A stretch of 64,000 nucleotides of DNA from an uncultured Gemmatimonadales bacterium (GCA_963771275.1 CAVYSW010000003.1:544001-608000); one strand, 5' to 3'; shown: positions 24,670-34,860, counted from the stretch's first letter. The notes: a model not told the origin generated them from the sequence alone. Numbers and translations: made by a program.

Positions 24670-26507
24670 CGCGGTCTCTCGCTGCGCTGATCGCCGACGA
24701 GCGGGTCCATGTGATCGACGGGGCGATGGGGACGATGCTCTACAGCCACGGCGTGTTCGTGCACGTCTGCTACGATGAGCTCAACCTCACGCGCCCCGAG
24801 CTGGTGCGCGACGTCCACGCGGCGTACCGCAAGGCCGGCGCCGAGATCCTCGAGACCAACACGTTCGGCGCCAACCCGGTGAAGCTCTCGAGCTACGGCC
24901 TCGACGGCGACACCGAGCGGGTGAACGCGGCGGCGGCCCGTCTGGCCCGGGAGGCGGCGGGGACCGGGGCGTGCGTCGTCGGCGCGATCGGGCCACTGGG
25001 CATCCGGATCGAGCCGTTCGGGCCGACGAGTCGCGACGAGGCCGAGGCGCACTACGGCCGGCAGGTCGAGGGGCTGCTCGCGGGCGATGTGGACGGCTTC
25101 GTCCTCGAGACCTTCTCCGACGTGGACGAGCTGCATGCGGCCCTGCGGGCGGTCCGCGCGCGGTCGGCGCTGCCCGTGATCGCCCAGATGACGATCGTGG
25201 AGAGCGGGAAAACGACGTACGGGACCGACGTCGAGACCATCGCCCGGCGCCTGACCGCGATCGATGCCGACGTCGTCGGGCTCAACTGCGCGGTCGGACC
25301 GGCCGGCATGCTCGAGGCAATCGAGCGCATGGCCGCCGTCACCGATCGGCCGCTTTCCGTCCAGCCCAACGCGGGCCTTCCCCGCGATGTCGGCGACCGG
25401 AAGATCTATCTGGCGAGCCCCGAGTACATGGCGCGGTACGCGCGCCGGTTCATCGAGGCGGGAGCCCGCTTCGTCGGCGGCTGTTGCGGCACGACGCCGG
25501 AGCACATCCGCAAGATCCGCGAGCAGGTGGCGACGCTTCAGCCGCGCCGCGCGCCGTCTGTGACCGTGCGCGACGCCCACCCTGCACCCGTGGGCGGCAC
25601 CGGCCCCGTGCCCCTGGCGGAGCGCTCGCGCTGGGGCGCCAAGCTCGCGCAGGGCGCGTTCCTGCGCAGCGTGGAGCTGCTGCCGCCCAAGGGGTGGCGG
25701 GCGGACGACCTACTCGCCCGGGCCCGGCGCCTGCGCGAGGCGGGCGTCGACGCCGTCAACCTGCTGGACACGCCGCGCGCCCAGAGCCGAATGGGTGTCC
25801 TGCCGTCGGCCATGCTGATCGAGCGTGAGGCGGGCATCGAAACCGTCGCGCACTACACGTGCCGCGACCGCAACATGCTCGGCATGATCAGCGACATCCT
25901 CGGCGCGGCGGCGACCGGCCTGCGCAACATCCTGATCGTGACAGGCGATGCACCGGTGATGGGGCCGTATCCGGACGCGACCGCCGTGTTCGACATCGAC
26001 AGCATTGGCCTCACCAATGTCGTGCGCCGGCTCAACCAGGGGCTCGATCCCGGCGGCAACCCGATCGGGGAGCCGACCCGCTATGTCGTGGGCGTCGGGG
26101 TCAACCCCGGGGCGGTGGATCTCGAGCTCGAGATCCGGCGGTTCTACTGGAAGGTGGATGCCGGCGCGGATTTCGCCGTCACGCAGCCGGTGTTCGATGC
26201 CGCCCAGCTCAGCGCCTTCCTCGACCGGATTCGCGAGTTCCGCATCCCGTTGCTCGCCTCCATCTGGCCGCTGGTGTCGTTGCGGAATGCCGAGTTCCTG
26301 GCGAACGAGGTCCCCGGGGTGAACGTCCCGGCCCGTGTGATCGCGCGGATGCGCGCGGCCCAGGCACGGGGGGACGATGCGGCGGCCGCAGAAGGGGTGC
26401 ACATCGCGCGCGAGGTGCTGGCGGAGGTCCGGGGCCTCGTCCAGGGGGTGCAGCTCGCGGCACCGCTGGGGCGCATCGAGCGCGCGTTGGAAGTGCTTGA
26501 GGAGTGA
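24666..26507 (+). CDS. Bifunctional homocysteine S-methyltransferase / methylenetetrahydrofolate reductase (YitJ type)
   Basis: [31 protein letters not shown]; then [41 protein letters not shown] overlap with metH. Confidence 0.92.
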
Positions 26508-26625
26508 AACAGGAGTGAAAAGTGAAAAGACTGGCGGCCAGCACTGGGCGTCATCCGCGGCGTGGCAGCCCCGCTCGCTGCGTTTTCACGTTTCACTTTT
26601 CACGCTTCACGCTTCACTTCTCACC
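26499..26625. repeat. Inverted array of 7-mer tandem repeats, element 2 (between convergent genes)
   Basis: Left arm has three AGTGAAA units in 26503-26527; right arm is TTTCACG TTTCACT TTTCACG CTTCACG CTTCACT TCTCACC (26584-26625). Both flanking stop codons lie within repeat units. Confidence 0.9.
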
Positions 26626-27493
26626 CATTCGCCACCGCGTCAACCACCGCCCGATACCGCTCCGCTGCCCCCCGAACCCCCAGGTTGCTCACGTAGACCC
26701 GCGTCACGCCGACCTCGCGCAGGCGCCGGATCGTCCCGGCGCAGATCTCGGCCGGCGACCGGCCCTCGGCGAAGTCGCGCGTGATGCCCTCCACGGGGAC
26801 CGGCAGGAACTGCGCCAGCTTCCCCAGCGTCGCGGGGTTCGCGCTCCGGTAGTAAAACACACCGAACACGCCGGGCGCCGCGACGCCGCGGCGCGCCGCC
26901 TCCCGGACGAACGCCTCGACGGCCCGCAGCTCGTGGTGCGAGACGATCTGGGTCAGGTAGAATGACGCCGTGAATCCCGGGTCGAGCAGGAAATCCACCT
27001 GTCGGGCCGGGTCGCCGTGCGGATTGGCCCACCCGCCCAGCGCAAGGCCGGGGACCCGCTGGCGCAGCCGCCGCCGCAGCTCGTACGCATGTGGTACGCA
27101 ACGGGGCGGTCCGACCCGCCGGTCCCCGCCCAGCACCGTGATCGCCTGATAGCCGTGGGACGCCACGCGCTCCGCGTACAGCAGGCAGTAATCCAGCGGG
27201 TGCTTGCAGGTGAGGAACGGCACCACCCGGGCGGGATTCACCTCGCCCGCGAGGTTCGTGGCGAGGTGCCGCAGGTTCTCCTCTTCCGCGGCCCCGACGG
27301 CGTTGTCCGTGAGAAACAGGACGGTGTCGTGCCGCGCCAGCCGGCCCACCTCGTGCGCCATGTCGATCCACGTGTCCATCGCGTCCGCCGCCCGCAGTCC
27401 CGCCGGTGGGGGACGGAGCTCGGCCGCGATCAGCGGCGGGGCCGCACGCAGGCGGTCTGTCACCGTGTCCGGTGCTACATTTCGGTCGTTCAT
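26621..27493 (-). CDS. MetF/MTHFR-like FAD-barrel protein
   Basis: AELRPP, LTDNAVG, PFLTCKH, VLGGD and FYLTQIV correspond to the MTHFR E..PP, TC, GD and TQ motifs. Confidence 0.7.
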   Translation of the reverse strand: MNDRNVAPDTVTDRLRAAPPLIAAELRPPPAGLRAADAMDTWIDMAHEVGRLARHDTVLFLTDNAVGAAEEENLRHLATNLAGEVNPARVVPFLTCKHPLDYCLLYAERVASHGYQAITVLGGDRRVGPPRCVPHAYELRRRLRQRVPGLALGGWANPHGDPARQVDFLLDPGFTASFYLTQIVSHHELRAVEAFVREAARRGVAAPGVFGVFYYRSANPATLGKLAQFLPVPVEGITRDFAEGRSPAEICAGTIRRLREVGVTRVYVSNLGVRGAAERYRAVVDAVANG

Positions 27494-27555
27494 GCGTCCG
27501 TGCCGAACTTATGGCCCCGACGGAACGGGGTCTAGCCGGCGATGGGGGGGGATCC

Positions 27556-27882
27556 ATGGCGCGACTGGTGAAGCTGCTCGTCCTGCTGGTGCTGGCCGGC
27601 GTCGTGGTGAGCGCCGCCTCCTACGCCGGGGCCCGCGCCACCGCCGGCAAGCTGGTCGGCAACACCCCCCCCATGTCGGAGCGGACGATCACGTTCGCGT
27701 TCGCGGGGATCCCCGAGCTGCCCGGCCGGCCGCGCGCCTGGGTGATCACCTACGCACGAACCCGCCTTCCCGGCGTGCGCTCGGTGACGATCTACGTGTC
27801 GGCCAGGGGCAAGCTGCTCGCGATGAAGCCGCGGGATCTCGACGCCCGGCTCGACGCCTACGAGAAGGCGCTCGAACCCTGA
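27556..27882 (+). CDS. Hypothetical exported protein
   Basis: Signal-peptide-like N-terminus; typical GC3 bias; fills the gap before the SDR gene. Confidence 0.65.
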   Translation: MARLVKLLVLLVLAGVVVSAASYAGARATAGKLVGNTPPMSERTITFAFAGIPELPGRPRAWVITYARTRLPGVRSVTIYVSARGKLLAMKPRDLDARLDAYEKALEP

Positions 27883-27895
27883 GCGCGGTTCCCCG

Positions 27896-28765
27896 GTGAC
27901 GGAGCCCCGGCGGGCCGTCGTCGTTTCGGGCGCGTCGAAGGGAATCGGGCGCGCGTGCGTCGCGGAGCTGGCACGGCGGGGCTATCACGTGTTCGCCGGC
28001 GTGCGGTCCTCGACGGACGGCGCCGCGCTGCGGGACGAGGCCGGCGATCACGTGACGCCGCTGACGCTCGACGTCACGCGCGAAGCCGACGTGGCGCGCG
28101 CCGCGGACACCGTGCGCGACGCGGTCGCCGCGCGCGGCGTGTGGGGACTGGTGAACAACGCCGGGATCGTGGTGGCCGGCCCCCTCGAGTTCCTCCCCGG
28201 CGACGCCCTGCGGGACCAGTTCGAGGTGAACGTCTTCGGCACGCTCGCGCTCACCCGGGCGCTCCTCCCCCTGCTCCGAGCGGCGCGCGGGCGCGTGGTG
28301 AACGTCAGCTCCGTGAACGGCCGCCTCGCCTCGCCGTTCTCGGGCGCCTACGCCGGCTCCAAGTTCGCCCTCGAGGGGCTGTCCGACGCGCTGCGGCTCG
28401 AGCTGGCCCCCGCGGGGGTCGCGGTCGTGGTGGTGCAGCCCGGAGCGATCGCGACCGCGATCTGGGAGACCTCGCGCCAGCGCGCCATGAACCTACTGCC
28501 GCGCTATCCCGCCGATGCGTGGACTCATTACGGGAGCGTGCTCGATCGGCTGCAGGACATCCGCGTGCCGCCGCGCGCCGCTCCGGCCGAGCGGGTGGCG
28601 CGGGTGGTGGCCCGGGCGCTCGCCGCGCGCCGGCCCCGCACGCGCTATCACGTTGGCTGGGACGCGCGCGCGGGCGTGCTGCTGGCGCGCCTGCTACCGG
28701 GCCGCGCGCTCGACTGGGTGTTCGGCACGCGCCGGTCACGGCGCGCCGTTCCGAAGCGCACGTAG
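27896..28765 (+). CDS. Short-chain dehydrogenase/reductase
   Basis: SGASKGIG, LVNNAG, NVSS, YAGSK catalytic motif, QPG. Confidence 0.92.
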   Translation: MTEPRRAVVVSGASKGIGRACVAELARRGYHVFAGVRSSTDGAALRDEAGDHVTPLTLDVTREADVARAADTVRDAVAARGVWGLVNNAGIVVAGPLEFLPGDALRDQFEVNVFGTLALTRALLPLLRAARGRVVNVSSVNGRLASPFSGAYAGSKFALEGLSDALRLELAPAGVAVVVVQPGAIATAIWETSRQRAMNLLPRYPADAWTHYGSVLDRLQDIRVPPRAAPAERVARVVARALAARRPRTRYHVGWDARAGVLLARLLPGRALDWVFGTRRSRRAVPKRT

Positions 28766-28787
28766 CCGACCTGCGGCGCGCGCCGCG

Positions 28788-29243
28788 CTACGCGCGGGCC
28801 CCGCCTTCGCGGATGCGGGCCGCCACATCGGCCGCCGCGCGGGCTACCGCCGGCGACACGACGGCACCGGGCGTGAAGTCCGCCCCCTCCACCCCGAAAA
28901 TCCGGAGCGTAGCCGGCAGACCGTCGATCGCCCGCGCGAGGGCGATGGCCTGCGCCAGCCCCAAGGCGTGCGTCGAGTGCACGGGCGACGGCGGAAGCGA
29001 GTCCCGCCGGCCGTCCATGACGTGGAGCGTGCCGGGAGGAGCTCCGGCGAGCACGGCGTCGACGACGATCACGTCGTCGCCCGCGGCCCACGCCTGCAGC
29101 AGCGCGGTGCAGTCTCCCGTGATCTCGAGCACGTCGACGCCGGCAATCGGCGCGGCACGGAGCAGGTCGGCGACGAGGGGGCCGGCGCCGTCGTCTCCGC
29201 GGTCCCGGTTGCCGACACAGATCACGAGCACCCGGCGGCTCAC
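28788..29243 (-). CDS. Hydrogenase maturation protease (HycI/HupD family)
   Basis: VGNRDRGDDGAG, VIVVDAV, STHALGL; GTGA overlap with the upstream gene. Confidence 0.88.
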   Translation of the reverse strand: MSRRVLVICVGNRDRGDDGAGPLVADLLRAAPIAGVDVLEITGDCTALLQAWAAGDDVIVVDAVLAGAPPGTLHVMDGRRDSLPPSPVHSTHALGLAQAIALARAIDGLPATLRIFGVEGADFTPGAVVSPAVARAAADVAARIREGGARA

Positions 29244-29653
29244 CGCCCGGTCTCGGCGCGCCGCGCGCCGGAGGCCTGCTGCTGCTCCGCCAGCCAGTCC
29301 TTGGCGGCATCGACGGCGTCGAAGGTCGCGAACTTGCGGCGGGTCACCCGGCTCACCGCGGCGAGGATCACGCGCTGGAGCCCGGAGACTCCGACCACCG
29401 CGCTGGCCAGCACGTAGGGCTTGTTCGCTCGCGCGAGATCCTGCAGCGCGCGCAGGATGCGGGCGTCGAACCGGGATCCTTTCACGTCCACCAGCGTGCG
29501 GACCGACTGCAGCGCCTGCTCGCCGGTGCGCCCCTTGGACGCGGCGATCACCCGCAGACCCTCCTCCGTGTCCTCGAGGCCGGAAAAATCGTAGAAGAGA
29601 ATCCGCACGCCCTTGTGCTCGACCCATCGCGTGCGCTCAGCGGGGCTGGTCAC
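29240..29653 (-). CDS. STAS/SpoIIAA-like hypothetical protein
   Basis: HKGVRILFYDFS, TLVDV, SAVVG, FDAVDAAKDWL pattern; GGAGG RBS. Confidence 0.65.
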   Translation of the reverse strand: MTSPAERTRWVEHKGVRILFYDFSGLEDTEEGLRVIAASKGRTGEQALQSVRTLVDVKGSRFDARILRALQDLARANKPYVLASAVVGVSGLQRVILAAVSRVTRRKFATFDAVDAAKDWLAEQQQASGARRAETGR

Positions 29654-29665
29654 CGGTCGCCTCCC

Positions 29666-30679
29666 TCAGCGTGGAGCATTCCGCCGCGGCTCGCCGGCGG
29701 CGCGTGGCGACGGCGACCTGGTCCCGATTCCCTCCCGAGCCAACGCGCGATCGATGTCCTCCAGCAGCCTGCTCGCTCCGAGCCGGAACCACGCGGGGTT
29801 AAGCGCCCCGATTCCGAGCTCTCGCTCCACCAGTCGCGCCCAAGCAAGCGCCTGCTCGGCCGTCGTGATGCCGCCGGCGGGCTTCAAGCCGGCGCGGGTG
29901 CCGGTCCGCCGGCGGTATGCGCGGATCGCCCGTGCCATCACAACGCCGGCGGGCAGCGTGGCATTCACGACTTCCCTGCCCGTCGAGGTCTTGAGAAAGT
30001 CCGCACCCGCCATCAGGCAGACCGCGCTGGCTCGGGCCACGTCGTCGAGCGAGGCCAGCGTACCGGTCGCGAGGATCGCCTTGAGCGTGGCGCCTCCGCA
30101 GGCCGCGCGATACGCGCGGATTTCATCGTACAGCGATTGCCAGTCGCCGGCCAGCACATGCGCCCGGGGGATCACCGCGTCAATCTCCCCCGCCCCCGCC
30201 GCCACCGACTCCCGGATCTCGGCGAGGCGCGCGGCGAGCGGGCCATCGCCGCGCGGGAACCCGGCGGACACGACCGCCACGGGAATCCCCGAGCCGGCGA
30301 GCGCCCGGCGCGCGACCGGCAGGAAGCGGTGATGCACGCAGACAGCGGCCACGTGAATGGCGGCGGCCCCACCAACAGCTCGGGCAAGGTCCGGGCTCAC
30401 CGGCTGCCGAGCCCTGGCGCACAACGCCCGCACGCGCTGCTCCGTGCCGTCGTCCTCGAGGTACGTCAGATCGAGGCACTCGACGATCTGCAGGAGCAGC
30501 CGCGGCCGCCGTGCGTCGGACCCGAGCCGGCCGGTCTCGAGCAGCATGGCCCGGGCGTCAACGGCAGCGGGGCGCACGCGCATCCGGCGGACCCAATCGA
30601 GGTCCAGGATCGTGCCGGGGTTGCGACGGCCAGGTCGCTGCCCAGTATTCCGTTCCGGAGGGTGGGCCCGAGGACGCAC
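29666..30679 (-). CDS. deoC: Deoxyribose-phosphate aldolase (long type)
   Basis: LDLTYL, AAVCV, GAGEIDAVI, LKAIL, GADFLKTSTG, KPAGGI, FRLGASRLL. Start uncertain; GTG 30679 chosen. Confidence 0.88.
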   Translation of the reverse strand: MRPRAHPPERNTGQRPGRRNPGTILDLDWVRRMRVRPAAVDARAMLLETGRLGSDARRPRLLLQIVECLDLTYLEDDGTEQRVRALCARARQPVSPDLARAVGGAAAIHVAAVCVHHRFLPVARRALAGSGIPVAVVSAGFPRGDGPLAARLAEIRESVAAGAGEIDAVIPRAHVLAGDWQSLYDEIRAYRAACGGATLKAILATGTLASLDDVARASAVCLMAGADFLKTSTGREVVNATLPAGVVMARAIRAYRRRTGTRAGLKPAGGITTAEQALAWARLVERELGIGALNPAWFRLGASRLLEDIDRALAREGIGTRSPSPRAAGEPRRNAPR

Positions 30680-30866
30680 AGGAAGATCAAGATAGCCACC
30701 TCGGGTCGAGCAGCGCGCGGGGCGCCGCCGCCCGTGCAGGCTCTTGCAGGATGGGGGTTCTCCTCCACATTCCGCGGCGCCGCCGGGCCCGCGCCAGGCC
30801 CGGGACGGTACTGTTAAGTCGTTGTCAACGAATATCTTACGACCGATTGGCATGGCGGTCGGGATA

Positions 30867-30882
30867 TGGCGCGTGGCTTGCA
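30867..30882 (+). promoter_or_regulatory. sigma54 (-24/-12) promoter of the pilin operon
   Basis: TGGCGC-GTGGC-TTGCA fits TGGCAC-N5-TTGCW with correct GG/GC spacing; IHF-like site at about 30815-30827. Confidence 0.7.
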
Positions 30883-30895
30883 CATTAGGGTCGAG

Positions 30896-31357
30896 ATGGG
30901 AAACGCACGGTTCCGAACCGTCGCCGGCTACTCGCTGATCGAGCTCCTGTTCGTGATGGTCGTCTTGGGGATTCTCCTGGCGATCACCTACGTCAAGGTG
31001 GGGCCCACGCTGGAGCGCGCGCGGGTGCGGGGCGCGGCTGGTGTGCTCGCGACCGACCTCCAGTACGCGCAGGCGCTGGCGGCGCGGTATCGCACCCCGA
31101 TGGTGTTCACGGTGGACGCGACGCAGAAGACATATCAGATTGCCGATCGTGGTGGCGCGAACGTGTATCGGCTGCGGAATCTCGGCGCGGGAGGCGAGTA
31201 CGTGCTGGATCAGTTCACCGCCACCCCCACGGCGGTCGAGGTGTTTCCCAACGCGGTCGTCGCCCAGAGCGCGACGTATACGCTCGGCCTCAATGGGTAC
31301 CGCCGGCGTGTGACGTTCTCGCGGGCGGGGCAGGTCCGTGTCGCCACGATTCCGTAG
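30896..31357 (+). CDS. Type IV minor pilin, FimT/FimU (GspH) like
   Basis: Prepilin motif G|YSLIELL; DLQYAQALA; C-terminal VTFSRAGQV. Confidence 0.85.
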   Translation: MGNARFRTVAGYSLIELLFVMVVLGILLAITYVKVGPTLERARVRGAAGVLATDLQYAQALAARYRTPMVFTVDATQKTYQIADRGGANVYRLRNLGAGGEYVLDQFTATPTAVEVFPNAVVAQSATYTLGLNGYRRRVTFSRAGQVRVATIP

Positions 31358-31757
31358 GGGACCTGCGGCGCCGGAGGCGGGCGTATCGCTGATCGAGGTG
31401 GTTATCGCGCTCGCGATTCTCTCGGTCGTGCTGCTCGCCCTCAGCGGCATCATGTTTCAGATGGGGCGCCACACCCGGGTGTCCGGACTCATCGGCGCTC
31501 GGAGCGCGGCCCTGGAGAGCGCCGCTTCGCTCGCGCAGTCCGTTCGCTGGGACAGTCTGCCGGCGATCCCGGGCTGCGCAACCGACACCTCGGCGGCGTT
31601 GGTGTTCACGCGCTGCTTCGAGGTCCAGACGCTGGGCCCGTCGCTGCGGCAGGTTCGGGTGATCGTGACCCCCACGGTGGCGACCGTCATGAAGGCTGAA
31701 ACCCTCATGGTGCAGCGGACACGACCCAGGGCGCTGTCACCGCTCAACATTCAATGA
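31338..31757 (+). CDS. Type IV minor pilin, PilV (GspI) like
   Basis: G|VSLIEVVIALAIL; LRQVRVIV. Confidence 0.8.
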   Translation: MSPRFRRGPAAPEAGVSLIEVVIALAILSVVLLALSGIMFQMGRHTRVSGLIGARSAALESAASLAQSVRWDSLPAIPGCATDTSAALVFTRCFEVQTLGPSLRQVRVIVTPTVATVMKAETLMVQRTRPRALSPLNIQ

Positions 31758-32557
31758 CCCGGCGCGGCTTCACGCTGATCGAGCTGCTGATCACGATCGT
31801 GATCTTCGCGATCTTGGGCCTGGCCCTGGCGCGTCTCATGATCAGCAACTCCCGGTTCGTCGCGCGGCAGGAGGCGCAACTCGAGGCCCGGCAGACGGCG
31901 CGCGCCGCCATGAACGTAGTGATCACCGAGCTGCGCATGGTCTCCGACGGCGGGTTGCTCGGGGCCTCGGCCGACAGTGTGCGGATCCAGGTGCCGTACG
32001 CGTTCGGGGTGCTGTGCCGCAATGGATACGCGCTCCTCGCTCCGCCCGACTCCGCTGCCTACGCCGCCGCCGTGCCCGGCGGAATCGCCTATCAGCAGTC
32101 GACCGGGGGCTACGTCTTCAATCCGTCGGTGACGGTCACCGGGATCACGGCCAGCACCACGGAATGCGACAAGGACAGTCTCCGGCTGGTGCCCGGAGGG
32201 AAGCGCATCACGCTGTCGAGCACCAGCCTCCCCACCACGGCGATCTTCTACCTCTACCAGACCGTGACGTACAAGTTCGCGGCCTCCGTCGCGCTGCCCG
32301 GCCGGGTGGCCCTGTGGCGCAACACCTCAGCAGGCGATGAAGAGCTGCTGGCGCCGTTCGCGAGCAGCGCGCGGTTCGCGTTCCTGGTCGGCTCCCGGCT
32401 CACGGTGCAGACCACGGTGCCGGCACCGCTTTCCCTGGTGCGCGGCCTCGAGCTGCGTCTGACGGGAGAGAGCGAGGCCGCACCCGAAGGGGCGACCGCC
32501 CCGACGCAGTTCCCGCTGAGTCCGCGGGTCAAGTTCATGAACCAACTGCCGCTCTGA
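31754..32557 (+). CDS. Type IV minor pilin, PilW (GspJ) like
   Basis: RRG|FTLIELLI; QTARAAMNVVITELRMV; ATGA overlap. Confidence 0.85.
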   Translation: MTRRGFTLIELLITIVIFAILGLALARLMISNSRFVARQEAQLEARQTARAAMNVVITELRMVSDGGLLGASADSVRIQVPYAFGVLCRNGYALLAPPDSAAYAAAVPGGIAYQQSTGGYVFNPSVTVTGITASTTECDKDSLRLVPGGKRITLSSTSLPTTAIFYLYQTVTYKFAASVALPGRVALWRNTSAGDEELLAPFASSARFAFLVGSRLTVQTTVPAPLSLVRGLELRLTGESEAAPEGATAPTQFPLSPRVKFMNQLPL

Positions 32558-33612
32558 TGCGCCGGATCGGGGACGACCGGGGCTTCGCGCTGCCGGCGGT
32601 GATCTTCCTGGTAGCGTTGCTCACGCTGCTGCTGACCAGCGGGCTCACCCGGGTGCGGGGCGATCACGAGATCGCCACGGCGAGCGAGGAGGCCACGATC
32701 GCGTTCGCGATTGCCCAGAGCGGGCTGCAGATGTACATGGGCTCGGTCACGGCGCGCCCCAACGACGGCGACTCGGTGCGGATCAACGTGCCCGGCGGCT
32801 ATGCCAACGTGGTGACCCACCTCGTGCGCCAGCCGGCGACCACAGCCACGCCCCACATGTTCCTCGTGCGCTCCACAGGGATCGCGATCAACCCGGCGGT
32901 CGGATCGGCGCCGCAGGCGCGACGGACGGTGGCCCAGTACGCCCGGTGGCAGAACGGCTCGATCGACCGGCGCGCCGCCTACACGGCCGCGAACGGCATC
33001 ATGGAGGCGAGCAGCCCCCACGCCACCGTCCTCGTCCGCGGGACCGACGCCTGTGGCGTGGAGCCGGCGATTCCGGCGGTGCGCACCACCAACATCACCA
33101 ACCCGCCCCATTCCGCACTGGATCTCCAGGGCAACCCGGATCTGATCGAAGAGGGATCGACCACGGGGTCCACGATCGCCGCCCAGACCGACATCGACTG
33201 GGCGTCGACCATCGGCAGCGGGATCACACCGGACTACGACTACTTCCGCCAGCTCGACTTCTCGTTTCCGGTCCAGCGGGTGGCGGACGACCTCGCGATC
33301 TCATCGGGCGCCGGTACGGGGCTCCTCATCGTTCCGGGGGACTTGAGGATCACCGGGGCGTTCTATTTTGAGGGCGTCATCCTGGTCGGCGGGAGCATCG
33401 ATTTCTCGGGGGACTTGATCCTGCTGCGGGGGCTCGTGGTCTCGGGACTCAACGAGCAGCTCGGCACCAACCCCCAGCGTACGATCGTGGGCGATCACGA
33501 TCACGACCTCTACATCTTTTTCGACTCCTGCAAGATCGAGCGGGCGCTGGCCCCGTTCACCGGGCTCGCACCGGTGCAGAACGCCTGGCTGGACAACTGG
33601 GCGGCCTACTGA
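32557..33612 (+). CDS. PilX (GspK) like minor pilin, paralogue 1
   Basis: RG|FALPAVI without Glu5; AFAIAQSGL; VRSTG; extended beta-rich C-terminus. Confidence 0.8.
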   Translation: MRRIGDDRGFALPAVIFLVALLTLLLTSGLTRVRGDHEIATASEEATIAFAIAQSGLQMYMGSVTARPNDGDSVRINVPGGYANVVTHLVRQPATTATPHMFLVRSTGIAINPAVGSAPQARRTVAQYARWQNGSIDRRAAYTAANGIMEASSPHATVLVRGTDACGVEPAIPAVRTTNITNPPHSALDLQGNPDLIEEGSTTGSTIAAQTDIDWASTIGSGITPDYDYFRQLDFSFPVQRVADDLAISSGAGTGLLIVPGDLRITGAFYFEGVILVGGSIDFSGDLILLRGLVVSGLNEQLGTNPQRTIVGDHDHDLYIFFDSCKIERALAPFTGLAPVQNAWLDNWAAY

Positions 33613-33626
33613 TCCCCTCGGCGATC

Positions 33627-34745
33627 ATGGCGCCCCCGGACTTTCCGGCCTCCCCCCTGCGGAGCGAAGCGGCCGCCGAGAGCGGCTTCGCCCTCCCGAT
33701 GGTGCTGTTCCTGGTCGCCCTGCTCACCGCCCTGCTGGCGGCGGGGCTGATGCGGGTCGGGGCGGAGATGGAGGTTGTCGAGGCGGGGGCCGACGCGATC
33801 ACGGCCAGGGCCGTGTCGTGGAGCGCCCTCCAGATCTACCTTGGCACGCTCACGCTCGACGCCTGCGAGCGTCCCATCCGGCCGCCGGACGGCGATTCCG
33901 TCCGGATCAACGTGCCCGGTGGGTACGGAGAGGTCGTCGCGCGGGTGGTGCGCCGGCCGGCCGACAGCACGGCCAACTGGCTGTACCTGGTGTCGTCGAC
34001 CGGGTATGCCATCAAGCCCACGACCGGCCCTGCGCCCGTCGGGAGGCACACCGCCGCACAGTTCGCGTCGTGGCAGTCGGGGGACCTGTCGTTGCCGGCG
34101 GCCTTCACGGCCGCCAACGGCCTGTGGCGGACCGCGGGCGGCTCCGGGCAGCTGACGGGCGCCGACGAGGATTCCACGGCGAGCTGCCGCACGCCGGCGC
34201 GCGCGGCGCTGCGCGTTCCTGCCGGGCTCGCGCCGAACCTCGACGACTACACCATCACGGGGAACGGCGTCGTGGAAGGTGGATCCGGCGCGTCGATCGT
34301 CACGGCGGCGAACATCGACTGGGCCCAGGTCCTGGCTTCCGGCACGCTGGTCCCCGACTACACGAGCGTGCACCCGGGCGACTGGGACTACTCGCTGCAG
34401 CTCGTGTCGGGCAATGCGGTGCTGGGAGCAGCCGGGGCGACGACCGTCGGGACGGGCCTGCTGATCGTCGGAGGGAACCTCACGGTGCTGGGGAACTTCG
34501 TGCAGTGGTATGGCGTGATTCTCGTGGGCGGCCAGCTCCGGTTCGACGCCGCCGATCAACGGTTCGACGGTCTGGTGGCGTCGGGTTTGAATGCGCAGCT
34601 CGGCACCGGCCCGTCCGCAGGCCAGATCGGCGGCGACTACACGGACATCGACTACAACTCCCGCTTCGTCCGGCGCGCCATGCGCCCGTTCACCGGTTTC
34701 GCCCCCGTGGCGAACGCGCGGTTCGACAACTGGTGGACGTACTGA
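33627..34745 (+). CDS. PilX (GspK) like minor pilin, paralogue 2
   Basis: SG|FALPMVL without Glu5; shares DGDSVRINVPGGY and PFTGxAPVxNAxxDNWxxY with paralogue 1. Confidence 0.8.
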   Translation: MAPPDFPASPLRSEAAAESGFALPMVLFLVALLTALLAAGLMRVGAEMEVVEAGADAITARAVSWSALQIYLGTLTLDACERPIRPPDGDSVRINVPGGYGEVVARVVRRPADSTANWLYLVSSTGYAIKPTTGPAPVGRHTAAQFASWQSGDLSLPAAFTAANGLWRTAGGSGQLTGADEDSTASCRTPARAALRVPAGLAPNLDDYTITGNGVVEGGSGASIVTAANIDWAQVLASGTLVPDYTSVHPGDWDYSLQLVSGNAVLGAAGATTVGTGLLIVGGNLTVLGNFVQWYGVILVGGQLRFDAADQRFDGLVASGLNAQLGTGPSAGQIGGDYTDIDYNSRFVRRAMRPFTGFAPVANARFDNWWTY

Positions 34746-34860
34746 AACCCCGGCCGCCCCACGCTGCGACCGGTTCGGCGCACCGCTCCCCACCGCGCTC
34801 CCAACCTCCCCGCCACGGGACTACATTTCGCACGTAGCCCCTTCCGTCGAAAGATGAGAC

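Noticed and set aside
30680..31453. Long N-terminal extension of deoC in the ORF track
   Set aside because: It runs antisense through the pilin genes and their promoter; DeoC similarity begins near RNPGTILDLDW.
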